DNA from: Camelus ferus
Taxonomy: Eukaryota
Length of the DNA stretch: 64,000 bases
Assembly: GCF_009834535.1 (NCBI RefSeq)
Contig: NC_045707.1
Coordinates: forward strand, 19,964,001-20,028,000
Direction of reading: 5' to 3'
The notes under the pieces are model-generated. The model was not told the origin of the DNA and did not search any database. It saw only the letters and a program-made list of their open reading frames with translations. Positions 22,795 through 45,500 of the stretch are shown piece after piece. The translations under genes and the position numbers were made by a program. Positions within the stretch are counted from its first letter, which is position 1; each line of letters starts with the position of its first letter.

Positions 22795-23030
22795 AGGCAG
22801 TGCTGTAAAATGTAGGAACTTTAAAGTTTGCAGTTTGGCTGAGGACTTGGTTTTGAATCCAAGCTCCACTTGTTAGAGCTTCAGTGATCGCTGACTAGTA
22901 ACTTAAATTCTTTCTCCAAACTCGGTTTTTAAGATTTCTAAAGTGAGGATGATTTTCACTTCAGTGGGTTATGCGGACATTAAAAACGATACGTTGTACT
23001 AATGCTTAGAACGATACCATCAATAAACAG
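22795..23030 (+). mobile_element. MIR SINE fossil supplying the candidate APOF polyA signal
   Basis: MIR-like core (ttgaatccaagctcc...aagtgaggatga...gttatg..gacattaaa...aatgcttagaac...caataaa). Confidence 0.55.
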
Positions 23031-23159
23031 GTTTCTGTTGTTCTTGTTGTTGTCGTTACTTAAGCCCTCCCCTTCCTGTCCCAAAGTGTCGAAATTCCGT
23101 CTCGCTTCTTGGCATAGTGCCTCCAAGGTCCTGAGCTAGTCTCGGTTCTGGTCCTGTGG

Positions 23160-23567
23160 TGCAGGTTCTCGGAAATCAGCTGTTTCAGTCCTTGGCTATT
23201 CTATTCATTGGACTCCTCCCTCCGGAGGCCCGGGGCTCACTTTAGCTTTTCTACCAATCGCCGCGGCTGGAGGTGTGGTTTCGGCTCAGCTTGTCCCGCC
23301 CCGCGGAGAGGGAGGAGTTGTGCTGGCACCAATGAGCTCACAGCCTGGTGAAGAGCTGGGCTGAATGGCAGCCAGTGTCCGGGTGCCCAGCTGGGAATGG
23401 CGAGTTTTGAGCTTCAGCAGCTCACAGAAGCTTGCGACAGGGGGCGGTTCCGAGAGGCGGGCCGAAGCCAAGGGCGTCGCAGGAGGTCCTGGTGCCGGAG
23501 CTCCCTCTGGGGACCGGAAGCCTGCACGGGAGCTACTGGAGGAAGCGGGGGCTGAGACCCTGACCAG
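23160..23567 (+). promoter_or_regulatory. STAT2 promoter and non-coding exon 1
   Basis: GC/CpG-rich; GAS-like TTCTCGGAA at 23166-23174, CCAAT at ~23255 and GC boxes; donor ...ctgaccag/gtacgg at 23567. Confidence 0.7.
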
Positions 23568-24204
23568 GTACGGTCCCTAAGAGGGCGCTCAGGGGTGAGG
23601 GTGGAGGCGCGAGTTTCTCCTTGTGAAGGGAGGCAGGTTCTGGTTGGGTACGCCCTGAAGGAGTCAGACTCTGTCCCCAGGTTGAAATAGGAGCTGTCGC
23701 CTGCTGCATCCTCCTGTCCAACTTAGGTCCCCAACCCCAAAGCCCACCTCCCCAAACACCCTGTAACTTCCAAGACCCGAAACCTGGCATTGTTGCATTG
23801 ATTCAGTGTCTTAGCCAACGCTTTTACCTTCTGGTCTGTGTTATTTTTGATCCTCACCCCCCAAAAAACAATGTCCTAAAGGTATCATTATTTGTTAAAG
23901 TGTAAGGTATAGAAAGGTGAAACGATTTGCCTAAGGTCACATACAAAATGCAGTTCATTTCAGAATAGCTTGTTGAGCACACAATATGTGCCTGAGAGCG
24001 TGACGGATAACTGGAGAAAAATGAATTTACAGTCCTTAACCTCGGTATTTGCAATGTATTTGGGAGGACTAGGTTTTCTGTTTTTGTTTTTCATATTTAA
24101 ACCTCAGGGTTTACTTGCCGCCTTGCTCTTTTAATGTCAGCCGATTAGTTCCTGGGGAATTGGGGCCTCGTCATTTGTTTTTTAAAAACAGTACAGGTAT
24201 ACCT

Positions 24205-24300
24205 GGGGGGAGGGTATAGCTCAGTGGTAGAAATGCGTTCCTAGCACGGAGGAGGTCCTGGATTCAATTCCCAGTACCTCCATTGAAAAAAATAAAAGTA
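24205..24300 (+). mobile_element. Vic-1-like SINE
   Basis: ggggggagggtatagctcagtggtag...ggattcaattcccagtacctcc plus A tail. Confidence 0.85.
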
Positions 24301-25358
24301 CAAGTACATAGTTTAAAAAGTCAAGTTAACCCTAAAAGAATTAAAATGAAAAACAGGAGCCCCTGGCCAATCCTTTCCTTTCCCTGTTCCTACTTCCCAG
24401 AGGTAGAAAAGCATCTCATAAGTATTAATTCTGGTAGAAAAGAATCTCTCCCACCGCAAGCATTTGATCTGTAATAAAGTCGTGTGACCTCTTTTTAGAC
24501 CACGGATGTGGGTGTTTATTCTTTTCTGTTAGGCTCAGGCTGCAAGAAGTTTTGATTTCCTAAACAGACAGATGGCAGTGGGCGGGGAAAGGTAGGCAAA
24601 AGATTCTCCACCCAGCCTGCTTGGTGACAAGCAAAAGCCAGTTTTGAGTGAAAGTTCTCACAAAGTTGATAATCCACTTGAAGAATCAGAGATTGACTGA
24701 GGCCATAAAAGTGTCAAAATCTTAGGAATTGCGATTAAATACCCTTGCACAGCATTTAAGCATCTTCTAGAATGGAGCTCCTCCTTCCAACATGGAGAGC
24801 AGTTTATAGGGTGTACCTTATGTTCAAGGAGGTTTTAGCCTCTGGCAAAGCCGTGGGGCCAGCAGGGATAATGCTGAAGTAAATACTTAGGACCAATCTT
24901 TAAACACTCCGGCATAAATGAATACAAACACAAACAGGTAAATTTAAAATCAATTCATTGGGGGAGATAGATGAAATAAAGATGGTAGAAATATCATTAA
25001 TGTTCGTTGAAACTGGATGATGGGTACATGGACGATCCTTGTACTAGTCCCTCTACTTTGTTGTGTGTTTGAAAATTACTACTGAAACAAAAAGGCCTAC
25101 ATATTGGAGCTCTTAAATAGTACTCCCTGGAAGAATGTGTACCAAACTGATAATACTGGTTACTTCCGGAGAGGAGGGGAAAGGACCAAGATTGGGGGTG
25201 GGTGGGGCAATCTAGACTAATTTTTTTTCTTACCTGTATAATTTAAAATTTTTTAATTTGTGGGGAGGGTTATGTGCGAACTCTCTGTATTTTCTGCTCA
25301 ATTCTGTTGTGAACCTGAAACTGCTCTAAATGAATCAAGTCTATATAAAAATGTTTTT

Positions 25359-25490
25359 AGGGGAGGGGATAGCTCAGTGGTAGAGTGCCTACCTAGCATG
25401 CACAAGGTACCCCAGTACCCCCACTTAAAAAATAAGTAATTATCTCCTCCCATAAAAATAAAAAGAAAGGGAAAAAATTTTTTTTAATTT
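25359..25490 (+). mobile_element. Vic-1-like SINE
   Basis: ggggaggggatagctcagtggtagagtgcctacctagcatgcacaagg...; partly deleted B box. Confidence 0.8.
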
Positions 25491-25527
25491 GTAATAATAA
25501 ACAATCACGAGACCATGAATGATTTAG

Positions 25528-35850
<10,323 letters not shown>

Positions 35851-36865
35851 GAACTACGTTTCTTCTGTTATCTCCTTATGTTTTGCCTATCCTACCCCTC
35901 ACATCATGAGGATGTGAAATCAGGCATGTGCCCCTTCAAAGCTGGATTAACCCTGGGATTTGGAATGAGAGGTGGACGCATAATATGGGTAAGGAAGAGT
36001 CACCAATGAATCAGAACAGATGTTGGCCATAGTTCCAACAAGGATCCTGGAGGCTGCCTGCTGTGCTGGGAGGTATAGGGATTCGGGGGCAGGCCAGGAC
36101 AGTTCAGAGGTACTTGGAGGGCTCAGGGCAGTGGCTTTTTAGTATGGAAGGATTTCAACATTTTTGTAGCTGATAAGGCTAACCTGGTGCACACTTCGTC
36201 TTCCTGGGATGCCCTTTCTGCTCAGAACTTCTGATCCTGTAGTGATTGGGACTACTGTCTTTGGTGAAATATATACTCTTGGCTAAGAAAGCAGGGAAGG
36301 AAACCCTGGGTCAAGGAGCAAGAGGGCCACACTTCGGAGCCCTGCTTCCTAATCACAACCTTCTGTGATCTCATTCAACTTGCTTAGCCATATAGGGATT
36401 AAGGCCAAAAAGATCCCATTTACTCTATATCCCAGGGAGTCATGAGGAAAGATCCCTCTCCACCATAGCCCTGCAGAGTAGAAGGCTATATTTTGTAGTG
36501 CTTTGGCCCTGTTTTTCCATTTTTTCTTTTTCCCAACAAGCCTAGAAAGTAGACTCAGATATCCACATAAATAAGTCTTTATTGAAAAAAGTACATAATT
36601 CATTATAAATATAATAAATAATCCTCCTCCCCAAACCACTACGAGGATCAATAATCCCCAAATTTCCCTTCCCATGTAATAAATATTCAACCTTGTCCTA
36701 AGGCAGCATCGTAAGTCAGTCAGTATTGGTAATTTTTCAACAGAGCAAGTCCCCATAAAATTACTAAACTGATTAACTTGTGGGCTCACAGGTGTCTAGG
36801 CTGATAGATTCGTTGTAGCATTGCTGAGCCATGGAGGTCTGGGTGCCACCCTTAAGCTGTTGGAT

Positions 36866-38262
36866 TTAGGGGCTCAGGGTTGCTGCTCCATGGGCAAAGA
36901 CCCGGGCAGCTACAGCCACAAAGGCCTGGAGGCTGCGAAGGATCTTGAGGCGGAGAAGAAGACGCTGCCACGGCTGGCTGGGACTAGGGCTTGGAGTCTG
37001 CTCAGTCTCCCAGTGGTGACCCTCAGGCTGAAAGGACACAGGACACAATCAGAGAGGATTCTAGATCCTTCAACCCCCAGGCCCTGACACCTGCAAGCCC
37101 TCCCCACCCCAGATCCCTAGCTCATACCTGCAAGAGTTGCCTGAGGCCCAGCAAAGAGGCATGAAGCTGGCCCACAGGGCCATGGGGGAACAGAGAAGCC
37201 TCCCCGGTGAAAATGTCTGAGCCCAGCAGCTTCTCGTAAAAGACCAGGCCTTGGTGGATCCTTTGCAAGCAGGACTGGGCAGAAAAGAAAGCCATGAAAA
37301 ACACCAGATACCTTCTAATCACTCTATTTACCGAAGACCCATCTGATGTTTGCCATTCTTAGGCATGGCTGACACCTGAATATTTGCGTCCTCACAGAAT
37401 TCATATGACCCCCAGCATGATGGCATTAGGAGTTTGGACCTTTGGGAGATAATTAGGTCATGAGAATGGAGCCCTCATGAATTGGATTATTGCTCTTATA
37501 CAAGAGACCCACAGAACTCCCTAATCCCTTCCACAACGTGAGGTTACATGAAGTCTGCAACCTGGAAGAGGGCTCTCACTCAGCCATGCAGGTACCCTGA
37601 TCTCAGACTTTCAGTCTCTAGAACTGTGAGAAATAAATGTCTCTTGTTTATAAATTACCCTGTCTGTGGTTGGTGGTTATGGAAGGCTGAATGGACAAGG
37701 ACAAATACAACTTTTACAAATTCACCATGGTGTCCAGTTCTGTCCCCAGTCCCCTCTTCCTTGTGGCTCAGCCTCATCTTAGTACCTGACTGTTGTCCCT
37801 GAGTCCTTGGGGATCACAGCCATCCCCACACTGGATATGGGGGACACCATTTGTAGTTTCATCTTCTCCCTCTTCTCTTGGTAGATCCTGGAATGGAGGA
37901 GGGGGTAGAAGAATGAAGAAATAATTACTTTCAAACCCCACCTGGATTCTCAGGCCCTGACTCCCCCTGGAACCCAACCCCCTTGTCCTCTTTTACCCCT
38001 TCAACCCTCCAGCTTCCACCCCAGGCCACAGAGTCTTCCACTGCAGCCTTGGAGAGTTTGGATGGGCTCCTGTTTGGTCCCAGAGGCTGCCACTCACCAC
38101 ATGTCCCATTGGCAGATGTGCACTCCAGGCCAGCGTGCAGAGCTGCTGTGAGAGCTGCTGGCCCTGAACCCAGGCAGGGCTGTTGCCCTCCGGCACAGCC
38201 CGGCCCTGAGTGGTCCAGGGCAGCACCAGCAGCAGCAGCATCACAGCTCTGCTTCCCAACAT
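36866..38262 (-). CDS. IL23A: Interleukin-23 subunit alpha (p19), 191 aa
   Basis: Minus-strand exons 38262-38098, 37887-37786, 37274-37128 and 37027-36866 (TAA): [26 protein letters not shown]...[15 protein letters not shown]...GSDIFTGE...[36 protein letters not shown]-rich 3'UTR with a polyA signal at ~36578-36583. Confidence 0.97.
37366..37701 (+). mobile_element. MaLR solo LTR (MLT1A-like) inside IL23A intron 2
   Basis: gaatatttgcgtcctcacagaattcatatg...ggagccctcatgaattggatt...tctagaactgtgagaaataaatgtc pattern; antisense to IL23A. Confidence 0.75.
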
Positions 38263-38469
38263 CTTGTTGCCTGCTTCTCAAATCTGGCTGGCTCCGTGCC
38301 TTGCAGTCCCTGTGGAATCTCTATTCACTTCCCCTTGCTCTGAGCCTGATTCTCTCTGTTCTGGTGTGTCTCTGGTTTGGTTCCCTCTGTTGTGCACCAA
38401 GTTTCTGAGCTGCTTCCTGTAGATTTTCTCCCCTTGTCTGAGTCTCTTTTTAAGATCCCTGCATTGGAA

Positions 38470-38600
38470 GACCCGCCCTTTATACTAGCAGGTGACTCAC
38501 AGCAGGTGGGATTCCCCTCCCTGCATCATCCCCCTCCGTGGGGAGCCCAGGTATGCAGCCTCAGTCCCAGGGGAAATGAGTCGTGTGGTTGCTGTGGCTG
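38470..38600 (-). promoter_or_regulatory. IL23A proximal promoter: TATA, AP-1 and NF-kB sites
   Basis: TATAAA (minus strand) 38479-38484, TGACTCA 38493-38499, GGGATTCCCC 38508-38517. Confidence 0.75.
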
Positions 38601-41479
38601 GAGGCCTGGGATGAGACTTATGTGTAATGCTCTCCAGGAATCTAAGTGGCTGCGGGGTGGGGGGGGGGGTGGAGTAGGAGTAACGAATATTTAAATGAAT
38701 CAAGTCTCAAGTTCCTTCCTGTTTAACCTTTCCCTCATCTTTTTGCCTCTCAAAGCTATATTCTCCCTCCCTTCAAACCAACTCTGATTTCCTCACCTCC
38801 TCCTGCCTGAGTTAAAAACCAAAAGAGAAGCATTCATTTATCTCGCAATAGAATGGCAAGTTCAGTTTGGAATGAAGTTTGGTTCCCACCTGATGCCCTC
38901 AACCTAAGAAAAAAGGGGCTTCTTTTTCTCTGTTGGGAGCGTTGTTTTTTCCACTAGGAGAGAATGGATAAGAAAACACTTTGTGAACTGGGAAGCCACA
39001 TAAGTTCAGCATAAGGTATTATTGCTCCCTCACTTCAGGTCTCACTCTGGAGGCTAGAGGGCTGCTGGAGAGAGAGCTGTGGCTAAGAACCAACTGATTC
39101 TTCAGCCTTCGTGGCTCAAGTGTCATGGGCTCTGTGGGATTCAGGTGATTTTGTGGGGGTGGGGAACACCAGTGTAAGCAAAGGCTAGAAATCCAACTTA
39201 GATACTTCAGCACCCAGTCCCTTCCCCATGGCTAGGAAGTCTGGGAGTTCTGCGTAGTTGAAGGTGCACAGTGTCAATGACCCTGGCTGGTCCTTTAGCC
39301 TGTTGCATCCATGGGTAAAATCCGCTGACACTGATTTCATCACCATCCCTGATGCAACATTCAGTGAAACAGCTGAGAGTGTGAGGTCGGGTGTGGGAGT
39401 GGAGGGTGGTCTAAATCTGGGACTGCCCCAACCCCAGTGGAGGGTCCCAGGACAATTTGGACGTCAGAATGAGGCCATGGATGACCACACAGATGGCTCC
39501 CAAAGCCTTCCCAAGAGGTTGACCCTTTTTCTCTGAGAAATTTACCCTTGATAGAAGTCTTCCTTCCCTTAGGACTATGTAAAACTGCCCAATGAAACTT
39601 CTGATTCAAATATGACTCTGTGGTAAATCCACTCTTTGGATAAACATTTCCAGCATCAGAGAGGTTATCTCAGTTTGAGTGAGAAATGGTTTGCCTCTTC
39701 TTACATCGGTGGATACACGCAGAATAAAGACATTGGAGGTGGGGTGTGGGAGGGGGAAGGGGAGATCACCTCACTTTTGTATAATGTCTTCCATGCTTTT
39801 ACCACCTCTGGTTCTCATTCTGGGAGCCCTTTAGGATAGGAGATGGAAGGTGAAAAGGAGGAGGAGGAAGTGGAGCCCTGGGGGATGGGATGAGAGGGAC
39901 AAGGGTGAGTTGGAGGCACGGGGCTTTGTTTCACTTCCTGGTGCTTAGGGAGCTGGGTAGGAAGCAAGAGTGGTGGGGCGACTGTGGGACTGTTGTGTGA
40001 CAGGAACTACTTCCAGGACTAGATCTGACCTGAAGCTGCAAGGAGACCTTGACGTCAGCAGGACCTCAACCGTTATGCAAATTACATTGACAAGACACTC
40101 CCATGCAGGCCTTTCCAGCTGGATGTCCAGATGCTAAATCCAGCTGAAGTTTCCCCAGGTGGTTAAAATTATGGCTTATACCCAACTCTCACTTTATGCC
40201 AAGTACTTGATTTAAGCACTTTTCACGTATTAACCCATTTAATTTTCACAACCACCCAGTGAGATAGGTACCATTATTATCCCCGTATTACAGATGAGGA
40301 AACTGAGATGCAGAGATAAGTAACTTGCTCAAGATCACAGAGCTACTAAGTGGCCAAAATTATACTGCAGATTTCAGAACCTGCATTCTTGGTCATTCCA
40401 TTATATTGGACTATGTGAGGCGACACAGCATCTTAATAAAGCAGCTCATTTAGCCCAGGTATCCTTGGTATCTCAGGCTCTGTTATTCTCAGGGTGACGT
40501 CTTTCTTAATTTGAGACTTCAATATGGACATTTCTAAAGATGAACTGGCTCTGTCTCTCAGCACTGGTCTTTTTGGGAGACTTTAAATCTAGGGACCTGT
40601 GAAGTCAGCTGAGTTTGAGAGACCTTCTGAGTTAAGCTGTTTCTCCATCTATGATCTCTGAATAAGCCTAAGACCTGTCTGAGTCCTGGAAATTTAAATT
40701 ATTGGATTCTTTTATGAAGGTCTATTTACCAGTCTTTATTGAGAGAGAAATGCTTTAAACTGTATCCTCTATAAGGAATTCCTTTCACCAAAAAGGCCCT
40801 CTCTGTGGCCTTTAGAAACTGAGCTAAAAAGCCCCAGAGACATCTAACAACCTGGATCTATTCCAAAGCAGTTCAAGCTCAGAGCTAGACTCCAAGAATT
40901 CCTCAGAGTTAGTGTTGACGCTAAACTTGTAAGAGCTGGAGGAATGCAAGTATCTCAATTTGCCCTTCTCCGCCCCTCTGAGGAATAACGTCCAGCTCCA
41001 CGAGCTAGGGGAACTTGATAGCTGAGGATTCCCGTTCCCTGAAAATATTACCGGGGCCTCTAAGGAGGGAATAATCACAGATGGGAGTTTCAGACCGTAA
41101 AAGATGCATCTACTTGGGCCGTGTTAGGAGGCTGCCTCCCGCTTCCTTTTTTCTCTCCCATGCTTGGAAATGATAGGAAATGCCGGCGAGTTTCGGGGGT
41201 AACAGAGACTGAGGTGGCGAAGCGCTCACAAGAGCACCACAGGAAGAGGGGGTGGACTGGGCCATACTGGGAATACCCAGCAGTCGATTCCCAATGCTTT
41301 GGCTTGGGCTCCCCTTATTCTAGTTTCTAAAGCTATAGGGAGCATGAAGAGTTGGTTTCCAAGCCTAGGGCTAATTTTGTTCAAAGGAGGCCTAGAAGAG
41401 AAGAGGTTACTGTCTAACGAGACCAAACACGGACAGAGGCTGACTCCGTTTGTCCTCAATTGCGTCCCGTAGCTCGTTT

Positions 41480-41770
41480 TTGCCCAGCTTCCGCGTCATA
41501 CGTCTTCTCGCGGGGCGGGGTTAGGGGGTGTTTGCGCGCGCGCGCTGTACCTGGCTCCTTCCGATTGGCTGAGGTGAGCCCCTAGCCCTTTCTGATTGGA
41601 AGCTGTCACTGGGAGTGCGCCCTCTTTTCCGTCGTAGAGTTTGGTTGAACCTGAGGCGCGGGGGAGAATTGGGGAAACTGGAATTTCCCGCGGAGCTGAC
41701 GGCGCTTGCTCTCCCCCTACTCGTTTTAATTCCACGCGCTCCAAAATATCCGCCATGGAGAAATCTTGGT
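41480..41770 (+). promoter_or_regulatory. PAN2 CpG-rich promoter and non-coding exon 1
   Basis: CpG-rich; two reverse CCAAT boxes (attgg at ~41563 and ~41595), a GCGC run, GGAATTTCCC at ~41680 and a donor tcttg/gtaatg at ~41768. Next acceptor at 42410. Confidence 0.65.
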
Positions 41771-42517
41771 AATGACCCAATCCCCGTAAACATCCCAGGA
41801 ACACATCTGACCCCTACCCTAATCCCTCCTCTCCCCGCTGCCGCCGGGGGAGAATTATGGGTAATTGATTTTTCTGGTTCCCCAAGAGAATTCTGGGTAA
41901 CTAGCTATTTCCATCACGTCCCCCCACCTCCGCCCCAATTGTGGGTAGATGGCCATTCTTATTTTCCCTTGGAGAATCCTGGGTAACATTGCAGAGGATT
42001 CTAGGAAACTGACTTCTCTTGTACTCACCTCTCAACCACCCACCCCCACCCCTAATTCTGGGAAACAGGCACTTTAGCTCCCTCTACCTAACTCCTACCC
42101 CTGCAGTTGCTGCTCCTTCCACTGTTGGTTCAGGAATGAACCAGGCAATGGGAGGCCTGAAGGGAGGTGAAAGGGAAGTCAAGGATTAAGTTAGCTATGG
42201 GGTGGTGGGGAGTACAGAGTGCCTAGAGAAGAGGAAGGGGCAACAGTTCTACCTCTACCCAACTTCCCAGCCCCTTCCTGCCTGCTTCATCCCCTGCTTA
42301 GCATTCTCACATCTGCCTGCTTCATCTCCCTCCTGCTGGTAAAACCTAGAACATACTAAATACAAGTACCTCGTCCTACCCCTGACTCAGCTACCTCTTT
42401 CCCTTTGCAGGTCAGGATGTCCATTCTAGGTCCACTGGTGCCATCCTGCTGAAGGTTGGGTCAGGCATCCAAAGGGGCTGTGGCAAGGGAGGGTGTGACA
42501 CAGGTCTAACCTGCTGC

Positions 42518-42556
<39 letters not shown>
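42518..42556 (+). repeat. (CAT)13 trinucleotide repeat abutting the PAN2 ATG
   Basis: gc(cat)13gaac; the last unit supplies the AT of the start codon at 42555. Confidence 0.95.
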
Positions 42557-45500
42557 GAACTTCGAGAGCCTGGACCCTGGACTGGCAGAGTATGCCCCGG
42601 CCATGCATTCTGCCCTGGATCCTGTCCTGGATGCCCATCTGAACCCAAGTCTGCTACAGAATGTGGAGCTGGACCCGGAGGGAGTGGCCTTAGAGGCTCT
42701 TCCTGTCCAGGAGTCAGTGCACATAATGGAAGGTGTCTACTCTGAGTTGCACAGTGTGGTGGCTGAAGTGGGTGTGCCTGTCTCCGTCTCCCACTTTGAC
42801 TTGCACGAGGAGATGCTGTGGGTGGGAAGCCATGGGGTAAGAACTGTACCCCTTTGTAAGGTCTGAAAGGAGATGTTGGAGGTCTGTTCTCTGGTTTTAG
42901 CCCAAGGACAGCTGCTTTGCAGGAAGCCAGAACTAAGTTGAGGTGACAAGAATTACCTGGGTCTCTTAAGTCAAGCCAAGAGGAGGGGAGTGGAGGGAGA
43001 AGGAGGGAGTCATAGGATCCAGAGGTGGGTTACATAGGTGTTCTTATTCAGAAGGCATCGCAATTCTACCGCAATTTGCCCATTCCATGCTTTGATTTAT
43101 CTTGATAACCATACCCATCAGTTAGCCTATAGCCATACAAATCCAGTCTCTAATGCTCCTCCTCTGTTTTCCATTTTTATAATTATATAACATTTAACAC
43201 ATATTTCTGCAACATGGAATCATTTTGTCTTCTCTGGCTGATTTTAATGTCTCTGAGAGCAGTTATCATTGTTAATTTTTTAAAATGTGTATCCATATTG
43301 CCAGTTTGCTAGGGAGCGCAAAGATTTTTTAAGAAATAGCATGGTATCCTTGGTTTATTAATTTACCTACCATACGGTGTGAATTGTTTTTCCATTGGAA
43401 GCAATGAAGTTTTTTGGTAGTACATTCATTTCAATAGGCAGTGTCTACTGCTAGGCTAGGCCCAGGGAATAAAGTGGGAATAAAACATAATCCTTGCCCT
43501 CAAGGGATTCACAGGACAATGGGGGGTGGGGGGAAGAAAAACATGAACAGATAATTTTATGGCATTTAAAAGAAATTAAAGTGTTTCACTTAATAATTAT
43601 GAATTTAGGATTTAAACTAGTAAATACCAGTGTGAAAATATGTACTGGGTGTTGGTGAGCATAGCAGAGGATCAGAGGATCTCCAGAAGGAAGTGACACC
43701 TGAGCTGAGTCTTGAGAGATGAGTAGGAGTCAGGTCAAGAAGAGGGGGAAATGCTCTCTTGGCAAAAACAGTGGGATAAACAATGATTCCCAAGGTATTA
43801 CACAGCAGGGTGATTGAAGAGTGTGGGAACTACAAGCAAGTAGGGTTTATTGGATGGGAAGCTGAAGCTAAAGAGTTAGACATGTCTTCATTCAACCAGT
43901 GCTTTTTGAGTACCTAATAGGTGCCAGACCTTGCTTTGGGGTCTAAGTTTGGAGTAAGCATTTAGAAAGGCAACAAAAATACCTTTATGATACATCAGGT
44001 GTTGCTTAATATCCTTAAAAAAATAAAGTGGATTAAGAGGGTTGAGATATTGAAAGGTGGGAGATGTTGCTATTTTAGGTAGTTGGTCAGGGGAGGTCTC
44101 TCTGATAAAGTCATATTTGAGTAGAGACCAGAGTGCAGGCCAGGATGTCTATTTTAATCCCGTCTAGAAGGGAGAGAGGAACCCATGCTGACTTCTGGGG
44201 GAGAACGTTCTGGAAAACCTCATATGCTGTGTTAAAAGAGCTTGGACTTGAGCCTTCAGTCCACTGAAGATTTTTATCCAGAATGGCAAGGTCTGGTTTG
44301 CATTTTGGGTGGAGTGCTGAAGTAGCAGTATACAGTTTGACTTAAGGGGGATGGGTCAGGATTCAAGTCAGTTTGCAGGATATTGTAGGAATTCACATAA
44401 AATACGATGGAGGCCTGAATGAAGCACTGTAGAGATTTATTCATGAGAACTGATTTGGGAAATATTTAGGAAGTAAATAAATAAGACTTAAGTCAGCTAC
44501 CAGTGACTTACTCCTGGGTAGATCATGGTACCATAGGGAATATAATTAGGAAGAATTGAAATGGTGAATTTGATTTAGGATGTGGGGAGTTGGGGTTCTT
44601 ATGGGATATCCAAGGAGAGATGTTTGGTAGGAATTTGGATGTGTAAGTCTGAAGCTTGAGGCAATGGTTCGGGCTAGGGAAGGAAATTAGGATTCATCAG
44701 CTTTAAGATGAATGGTTAAAAACTTGAGATGGGGTGAGATTACCTAAGAAGACCAAGTAGAGTGAGAAGATAGTGGGCTGGGAATAGCCATATTTCAAGA
44801 GGGGTCATAAGGGTTGCACATAAGGAGAAGGTATGAGCTAAGAGTCAGGAGTGAAACCAGGAGTGAATGATGTCATAGGAGCCAAGGGTGGAATGAGTTT
44901 CACATTCTCTCTGCTGTAGTCTGACCCACAGTATACACTTGCCACATGGATTTAGACTTGACTGTGGAACATAAGAAAGCCAGCTGGCCAATAGAGGATT
45001 GGACCTGTGTCCTTGACCTTCTGAACACTGTTATAACCAACTGAGCCATTAGCTATTCAGCAGGGTCATTGTGAGGATAAAATGAAGTAGAGTTTACAAA
45101 AGTACTCTGTAAAGTATTAAACAAACATAAGATAATATTATCAGTGTCGTTATCACTAACATTGGTGCCCAGCCTTATACCTTGGTCACTGCCAGCCAGA
45201 AAGGCCAGGCAAGAATGGAGAAAAACTGAGCAATGTCCAGTCTCTGATTTGTATCTGGGATGGCCCTTCCCCTCCACTCAAGTTGTCTCATCTTTTCATC
45301 CGTTACAGGGCCATGCCACTTCATTTTTCGGCCCAGCTTTGGAGCGCTACTCATCCTTTCAAGTCAATGGCAGTGATGACATTCGGCAGATCCAGAGCCT
45401 GGAGAATGGCATCCTTTTTCTCACAAAGAACAACCTCAAGTATATGACCCGTGGGGGTCTCATTATATTTGATTACCTGTGAGTGGCTTCTCACCTCTGG

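Noticed and set aside
42426-42724. Minus-strand ORFs with poly-Met and poly-Asp runs
   Set aside because: Simply the (CAT)13 repeat read antisense; no evidence of an antisense gene.
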